Position numbers and translations under genes: made by a program. This document shows positions 50,069-56,879 of a stretch of DNA of 56,879 bases, piece by piece (position 1 is the stretch's first letter; every line of letters begins with the position of its first letter). Under the pieces are notes generated by a model. It did no database searches. It saw only the letters and a list, made by a program, of their open reading frames with translations, and was not told the origin of the DNA. The stretch comes from Chiloscyllium plagiosum (taxonomy: Eukaryota), in the NCBI RefSeq assembly GCF_004010195.1, contig NC_057750.1:20065159-20122037 (forward strand), in the 5' to 3' direction.

Positions 50069-50404
50069 CGTCCCAAAAGGAAACATTTAAAGGTTGGGGG
50101 GGGGGGGGGATTATTTCTTTCATGGGTAAACACTAACTCCAGGACCGAGGACACACAGTAGTCCAGTCCAGGCTTCTGAGCTGCGTCTACACAGCGGAAC
50201 AGGAGAATTTACCTGAATGTAGGGGCACCTGGCCCTCAAGGAGTGGGGTAAGGAGTGGATTGGATTGTGTTCGCACAGATTGAGTCTATATTCAGATCTG
50301 GGGTGTAGTAACGCACTGATGGGCACTAGGACACTGAAGGTGAAGAGACAATAATTGGGTTGAGTGATTTTCCAAAGAACAGATGGTCTGTGTTAAAATG
50401 CTGA

Positions 50405-50610
50405 CAAAAGGGTGTTGCCGGAAAAGCGCAGCAGGTCAGGCAGCATCCAAGGAGCAGGAGAATCGACGTTTCGGGCATTCCTGAAGAAGGGCTCAAGCCC
50501 GAAACGTCGATTCTCCTGCTCCTTGGATGCTGCCTGACCTGCTGCGCTTTTCCAGCAACACCCTTTTTCGGCTCTGATCCCCTGCATCTGCAGTCCCCGC
50601 TTTCTCACAG
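50405..50610 (+). mobile_element. Palindromic Penelope-derived short element with hammerhead core
   Basis: ~70-bp inverted arms; CTGAAGA-a-GGGC-tcaa-GCCC-GAAACGTC at 50481-50508; tgtgttaaaa on both flanks. Confidence 0.75.
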
Positions 50611-50969
50611 CTTGTGTTAAAACGGCAAGGTTGACCCTTGAAGCTCTTTGTGTTGTCCGTAATCAGTCTCTCAGCTGGGGCCCGCAGTAGGATCTGAGCA
50701 CTGAGTACAGGCCGACAGGGTGCCGTGATAGCGTCCCGGAGCCAGGAGACCTGGGTTCAAGCCCCACCTGCCCCAGAGGTGTGTAATAAGGTCTGTGAGC
50801 AGGCAAACCTCTAACGCTGAGGGAATGGTGCATTGTCAGAGGAGACAGGTTTTTAAAAGGGACAATTTCCACATCTTGCCTGTGGAAGCACATCAAAGGG
50901 CCCACAATAAGAAGAGAGACCTCTCACGGTGTCTACCCCAAAACTGGTTAGACAGTTGATGAAGCAAAG

Positions 50970-53900
50970 CTGTAATGTGTCTATTTTAACGCAAAAGTGT
51001 CAGGGTGAGGAACTTGGGAGCATGGATCAGTACTTGGAGCTACGATGTTGTGCCCGTTACAGAGACTTGGATATCACAGGAGCAGGAATGGTTGTTGGAT
51101 GTTCCAGGGTTGAGATGGGGAGGTGTGGGGAGGTGGGGGGTGGCGGGGGGCGGGCGGTGGGAGTGGTGTTGCTAATCACAGGCAGTGTCACATCTGAGGA
51201 AAGGGAGGTCACCGAGGAGGGTTCATCGACTGAGTCGCTCTGGGTGGAAATCAGAAACGGGAAAGGAGCGGCCACTTTACTGGGAGGTTGGGAGGTTTCT
51301 GTCGAGGTCCCAGTCACAACAGGGACACGGAGGAACACATTCTGGGAGGCGGAGTTTGGAAAGGTCAAAGGTTGGCGCTGGAAAAGCACAGCAGATCAGG
51401 CAGCATCCGAGGAGCAGGAGGAGTCAACATTTCGGGGCATAAGGGCTTCCCGATAAAGGGATAATGCCTGAAATGTCAACTCGTCTGCTCCTCGGATGCT
51501 GCCTGGACAGCAACACCCTATTCGACTCTGATCTTCGCTCTCTCCGAGATTTTGGAAAGATGCGGGTTGTGTCATGGCTGACTTCAACTTGCCGAATAGA
51601 TTCATACGGTCAGAGGGATGTACAGCATGGAAACAGGCCCTTCGGCTCAACCCCTCCATGCTGTCCCAGATATCCTAACCTCATCTAGTCCCATTTAGAG
51701 TCAGAGAGATGTACAGCACGGAAACAGGCCCTTCGGCCCAACCCGTCCATGCTGACCCAGATATCCTAACCTAATCTAGTCCCATTTAGAGTCAGAGAGA
51801 CGTACAGCACGGAAACAGGCCCTTCAGCCCAACCTGTCCATGCTGTCCCAGATATCCTAATCTAATCTAGTCCCATTTGCCAGCACTTGGCCCATCTCCC
51901 TCTAACCCCTTCCTATTCATGTCCCCATCCACCTTTTAAATGCTGTATTTGTACCAGCCCCCACCACTTCCTCTGGCAGCTCATTCCATACACGCACCAC
52001 CCTCTGGGTGAAAAAGTTGCCCCTTAGGTCCCTTTCCCCTCTCACCCTAAACCTATGCCCCTCTAGTTCTGGGCTCCCCCACCCCAGGGAAAAGACTTTG
52101 TCTATTTACCCTATCCAATGCCCCTCATGGTTTTATAAACCTCTATAAGGTCACTCCTCAGCCTCCGACGCATCCAGGGAAAACAGCCCCAGCCTGTTCA
52201 GCCTCTCCCTGTAGCTCAGATCCTCCAACCCTGGCAACATCCTTGTAAATCTTTTCTGAACCCTTTCAAGTTTCACAACATCTTTCCGATAGGAAGGAGA
52301 CCAGAATTGCACACAATATTCCAACAGCGGCCTAACCAATGTCCTGTCCAGCCGCAACATGACCTCCCAACTCCTGTACTCAGTACTCTGACCAATAAAG
52401 GAAAGCATACCAAACACCACCTTCACAATCCTATCTGTCTGCGACTCCACTTTCAAGGAGCTATGAACCTGTACTCCAAGGTCTCTTTGTTCAGCAACAC
52501 TCCCTAGGACCTTACCATTAAGTGTGTAAGTTGGAACCTCCTTAGTACAAGTAGTTTGAATGGAGCAGTTTTTGTCAGGTGTGTCCAGGAAGGATTCCTG
52601 ACTCAAAATGTAGATAGGCCGACGAGAGGGGGGGCCATGTTGGATTTGGTGCTTGGCAATGAACCAGGCCAGGTGTCAGATCTCTCGGTGGGAGAGCATT
52701 TCGGCGATAGTGATCACAACTCCCTGAGCTTTACTGTACACATGGAGAGGGATAGCAGCAGACGGTGTGGGAAAGGGGGTATAATTGGGGGAGGGGGAGA
52801 ATTACAATACTATTAGGCAGGAACTGTGGAGCGTAAATTGGGAGCAGATATTCTCAGGGAAATACACGACAGAAACGTGGAGGCTGCTTTGGGAGGCACT
52901 TGCTGATAGTGCTGGATGGGGGTCTGTGCCACTGAGGCAAGGAAGGGACAGAAGGGTGAAGGGACCTTGGGTGACAAGAGATGTGGAACATCTAGTCAAG
53001 AGGAAGTCGGAAGCTTACTAAAGGTTGTGGAGGCAAGGTGAGTCAGAAGGGGGCATGAGAAAGCTTTAGCGGGCAGCATTAGGGAAGACCCCATGAGTTC
53101 TATATTAATGTGAGGAACAAGAGGATGGACAGAGAGAGAGGGTAGGGGCCGATCGGGGATACTGGAGGGAATTTGTGCCTGGGGTCCGAGGAGGTAGGGG
53201 AGGTCCTTAATGCATACTGTGCTTCAGAGTTCACGAGTGAGAGAGACCGCCTTGTTTGCGAGGACAGGCTGACATGCTCAAACACATCGGTGTTAAAAAG
53301 GAGATTGTACTGGTATGTTTGAAAAACGTGAGGATAGATATTCCCAAGGTTACTCCGGGAGGGAAGCGATCGCTGCATCTTTGATGATGATCTTTGTGTC
53401 CTCTTTAACAGTACCAGATGATTGGAGCGTGGCCAGTATTATTCCCTTGTTCAAGAATGGGAATAGGGATAACCCTGGGAATTATAGACCAGTCAGTCTT
53501 ACATTGGTGGTGGGCAAGTTAGAGGACAGCATTCTGAGAGACAGGATTTATAATTATATGGAAAAGCACAGCTTGGTTAGAGATGGTCAGGATGGCTTTG
53601 TGAAGGGCAGGTCATGCCTCACAAACCCCTTACTGTATTCATTGAGGACGTGACACAACACATTGATAATCGTAGAGCAGTGGGCATGGGGTAATTGGCT
53701 TTTAGCAAGGTGTTCGATAAGGTTCCCCACGGTAGGCTCATTCAGAAAGTAAGGAGGCCTGGGATACAGGGACATTTGGCTGTCTGGGTACAGAATTGGC
53801 TGTCCCATAGAAGACAGAGGGTGGTGGGAGATGGAAAGTATTCAGCCTGGGGCTCGGCGACCAGTGGCTTTCCACAGGTATCCGTCCTGGGACCTTTGCT

Positions 53901-54798
53901 TTTTTATGATGTTTAGAAATGATGGGATGAGGAGATGGAAGGGTGGGTTAGTGAGTTTGCCAATGGCACAAAGGTTGGTGGGGTTGTGGATAGTATGGAG
54001 GGCTGTTGTAGGTTGTGACGGGACATTGACAGGATGCAGAGCTGGGCTGGATGGAGTTCAACCTGGGGAAAGGGTGAAGTGATTCACTTTGGAAGGTCAC
54101 ATTTGAAGGCAGGTTACAGGGTGAAAGGCAGGATTCTGGGCAGTGTGGAGGAACAGAGGGATCTTGGGGTCCACATCCAGAGATCCCTCAAAGTTGCCAC
54201 CCGGGTTGACGGGGTTGTTAAGAAGACATTGAGTGTGTTGGCTTTCATGAGCAGGAGGATTGAGGTTCAGACCCACGAGGTTATGCTGCAGGTCTGGTTA
54301 GTCCACACTTGGAGTATTCCGGTCACCTCACTCCAGGAGGGAGGTGGAAGCCTTCGAGAGGGGTGCAGAGGGGATTTACCAGGGTGCTGCCTGGACTGGA
54401 GGGTGTGTCTGATGGGGAAAGGTTGAGGGAGCGAGGGCTTTGCTCATGTGAAGAAGGATGAGAGGTGTACGATGATGATGAGAGACACGGATCGCGTGGA
54501 TACTCAGAGACTTTTCCCCAGGGCGGGAATGGCTATCACAGAGAGGGTATAATTTGAAGGTGATTGGGGGGGGGGGAGGGTTTGAGGGAGATGTCAGAGG
54601 GAGGTTCTTTACACAGAGAGTGCTGGGTGCGTGGGTGGAATGCACTGTCAGCGGTGAGAGTAAAGTCAGAGACATTAGAGACATTTAACCGACTCTTGGG
54701 TAGGCACATGGCAGATAGTGCAATGAAGGGTCTGTAGGTCAGTCTGATCTTAGAAGGGGGGATGAAAGCTCAGCACAACCTCGAGGGCCGAAGGGCCT
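50970..54798 (+). mobile_element. Long degenerate CR1 ORF2 with nested minus-strand CR1 3' fragment (51605-52530)
   Basis: CVYFNA/ELGAWISTW endonuclease start, ESLWVEIRN, RPTRGGAMLDLVLGNEP, GDSDHN, NYRPVSLT, FSKVFDKVPH and CR1 tail; the nested copy has a triplicated tail. Confidence 0.9.
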
Positions 54799-55004
54799 GA
54801 TGTCCGATTGTCGAGAACTGCTCTTCCAATTAAAAGACCTGAAAAAAGCCTCATCGCAACGTTTATCCCGTGTGTGGAATCTTGCTGTGCTGTGCTGTGT
54901 GAGGTGATTCACTGGGATGTAACAAAGTGACCTGTCTTGATCACGGTGGAGGGAGCAAGGGGCAGATTAAACCCAGCCGCGGCCCCCAACGCAGGAGGAC
55001 TTAC

Positions 55005-55172
55005 CCGATCGTCCGGAGGGAAGGGTGTCTCCTGGTCAGCGTCGAAAGAGCTAGAGCAGACTGGTCAGTGAGCAAATTGTCGGACAAGTTCACCTTTGTC
55101 AGCGCCACGTTTGTGGTGGGGGCGACAGCCAGGTCTTCGGTGTACGCGTTTGTGATGCCATTGCCCTCCAGT
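55005..55172 (-). CDS. NLR-type (ribonuclease-inhibitor-like) LRR exon
   Basis: ctcag|...|gtaagt, 168 nt, phase 2-2, two ~28-aa repeats: LEGNGITNAYTEDLAVAPTTNVALTKVNLSDNLLTDQSALALSTLTRRHPSLRTIG; may belong to a pseudogene. Confidence 0.8.
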
Positions 55173-56224
55173 CTGAGCGGGTTCGAAAGATTCAGAGACA
55201 AGGACAGGTGAGCGGGCTGTGTTCACAACAGCCGTACGGGCAGAGCAACAGCGGGAGGGTGAGATGGCAGCAGAACGGCGTCAGACTCAAACACAGTCGA
55301 ATATTTTACCTCCCCGCACTCTCGCCCTTTCGGTTAGTAACCGCAGAGCTTCGATCAGACAGCTTGACCAACTCGGTTCAACCGTCCCTGACCGAAGTAC
55401 TCGCCATTAACCAAATTGTCGCTGGCAGTACATGTATTATCTCAAACCAGATTTGAGTAAGAACCGAGAGCTTTGGAGTATTTTTGCATTCGGAAATGCG
55501 TAGCCTGAACACGTGGTTGAGTTAGAACTCCTGACGGCCTTCAGAAAGTATTTGGATATACTTTACAAATGCCACAACCGGGAAACTTACAAACCGAGAG
55601 CTGTGGGGGGGAGAGGTGTCTGTTTGTAGCTTGGTATGGAGGCGATGATAGATCTACGACTCGGTGACACACAGTCGAGGTCACAGGGGTATTGTTGCCC
55701 CGAAGCCGCTCTGCCCCGACTCCAAGGATTGGTGTGCTGACCCATTCAGTTCCAGTTTTTCCCAGTTATTACTGCCCACGGATCTGAGAGATCAGCACAG
55801 TGGCTGGAGAAACGAGAAGGAATACAGGCTGGGAATACTGTGTCACCTCAGTCACCTCCGGGCTCTCCCAAGCCGAACCACCATCTCAAAGACCCAAGTG
55901 GTCGGAGGGTCTGAGCTTACAGGGAGAGGCTGGACAGGCTGGGGCTGTTTTTCTGGAGCGTAGGAGGCCGATGGGTGAGTTGAAAGAAGTTTATAAAATC
56001 ATGAGGGGCACAAAGGATATGGGCCGGGTGCTGGCAGGTGGGGCTACACTGGGTCAGCATGGACGGGTTGGGCCGAAGGGCCTGTTTCCGTGCTGTACGT
56101 CTCGGTGACTCGAAGTGAGGAAAGTGATTTATCAACACCTTCCAAACTTGGGATGTGTACAACCAGGACAGGGGAACGGCATCAGCTACAAATTCCTCTC
56201 AAAGCCACTCACCGTCTTGACTCA

Positions 56225-56465
56225 GCTGGAGAGTCTGAGGTGAGCGAGCGTGGCGCTGGAAAAGGCCCAGCTAGTCGGGCAGCATCCGAGGAGCAGGAGG
56301 GTCAACGTTCCGGGCAGGAACTTCCTTCAGACCCCTTCAGAGTCCGGAAGGAGGGTCCAGCCCGAAACGTTGACCCTCCTGCTCCTCGGATGCTGCCTGA
56401 CTAGCTGGGCCTTTTCCCAGCGCAACGCTCGCTCACCTCGGACTCTCCAGCATCTGCAGCCCTCC
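56225..56465. mobile_element. Palindromic Penelope-derived short element
   Basis: Inverted arms gctggagagtc..gaggtgagcgagcgt... / ...acgctcgctcacctcggactctccagc; degenerate hammerhead (..cccgaaacgt). Confidence 0.7.
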
Positions 56466-56589
56466 CTGTTTCCCTGGAAGTCAATCAGCATTCCTACACT
56501 ATTGCTGGGCAAAAACCAGGAACGCCACTCCATAACATCGCTCCTGGTCGATGGAAGCAAAATGGGCGAAAGTATAATGGGCTACAAAA

Positions 56590-56879
56590 TGGGGTGGAAG
56601 TGTCTCAGTGGTTAGCACCACTGACCCCCAGCACCAGGGACCCGGGTTCGATCCTACCCTCGGGGGAGACTGTCCATGTGGAGTTCGCTCATTCTCCCCC
56701 CCTGTGATAGTGTGGGTTTCCTGCGGGTACAAAAGCTTCCAACCACAGTCCCAATATATTCAGGTTAAGGTGGATTGGCCATGGGAAATTGTCCCATAGT
56801 GCCCAGGGATGTGCAGGTCAGGGTGGATTGACCATGCTAAATTGTCCCATAGTGTCCAGGGATGTGTAGGTTAGGGTGG
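56590..56879 (+). mobile_element. HE1-type SINE (runs off window)
   Basis: tcagtggttagcacc...gggttcgatcc head and ~52-bp repeats. Confidence 0.8.

Noticed and set aside
50213..50334. Missing V1 exon of copy B
   Set aside because: Has AG/GT boundaries but no Ig Cys/Trp pattern in any frame

Overview
Repeat-rich vertebrate genomic DNA, very likely shark/elasmobranch, judged from abundant CR1/HER1-type LINEs, HE1-type tRNA SINEs and Penelope-like elements. It contains three assembly gaps (20427-20752, 34781-34948, 49569-50068). Most ORFs in the track are retroelement debris or minisatellite translations. The real host-gene content is spliced and only fragmentarily visible in the ORF track. It is a tail-to-tail inverted duplication of a JAM-A/F11R (CTX-family)-like Ig gene built from two tandem V-type domains, each split over ~63-66/117/147-nt phase-1 exons, and closed by a 4-codon terminal exon with no transmembrane segment, so apparently a secreted V-V JAM-like protein. 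The + strand copy (27761-39401) is a pseudogene: Cys->Arg, two in-frame stops and a lost donor. The - strand copy (49568-42447) is open where visible, and its 5' part runs into a gap. The paralogous exons are far more diverged, and mostly non-synonymously, than nearby intron blocks, which suggests diversifying selection. A 168-nt NLR-type LRR exon lies on the - strand at 55005-55172. Several Penelope-derived inverted-repeat inserts carry minimal hammerhead-ribozyme cores. Family assignments come from motif recognition by eye, with no database search.
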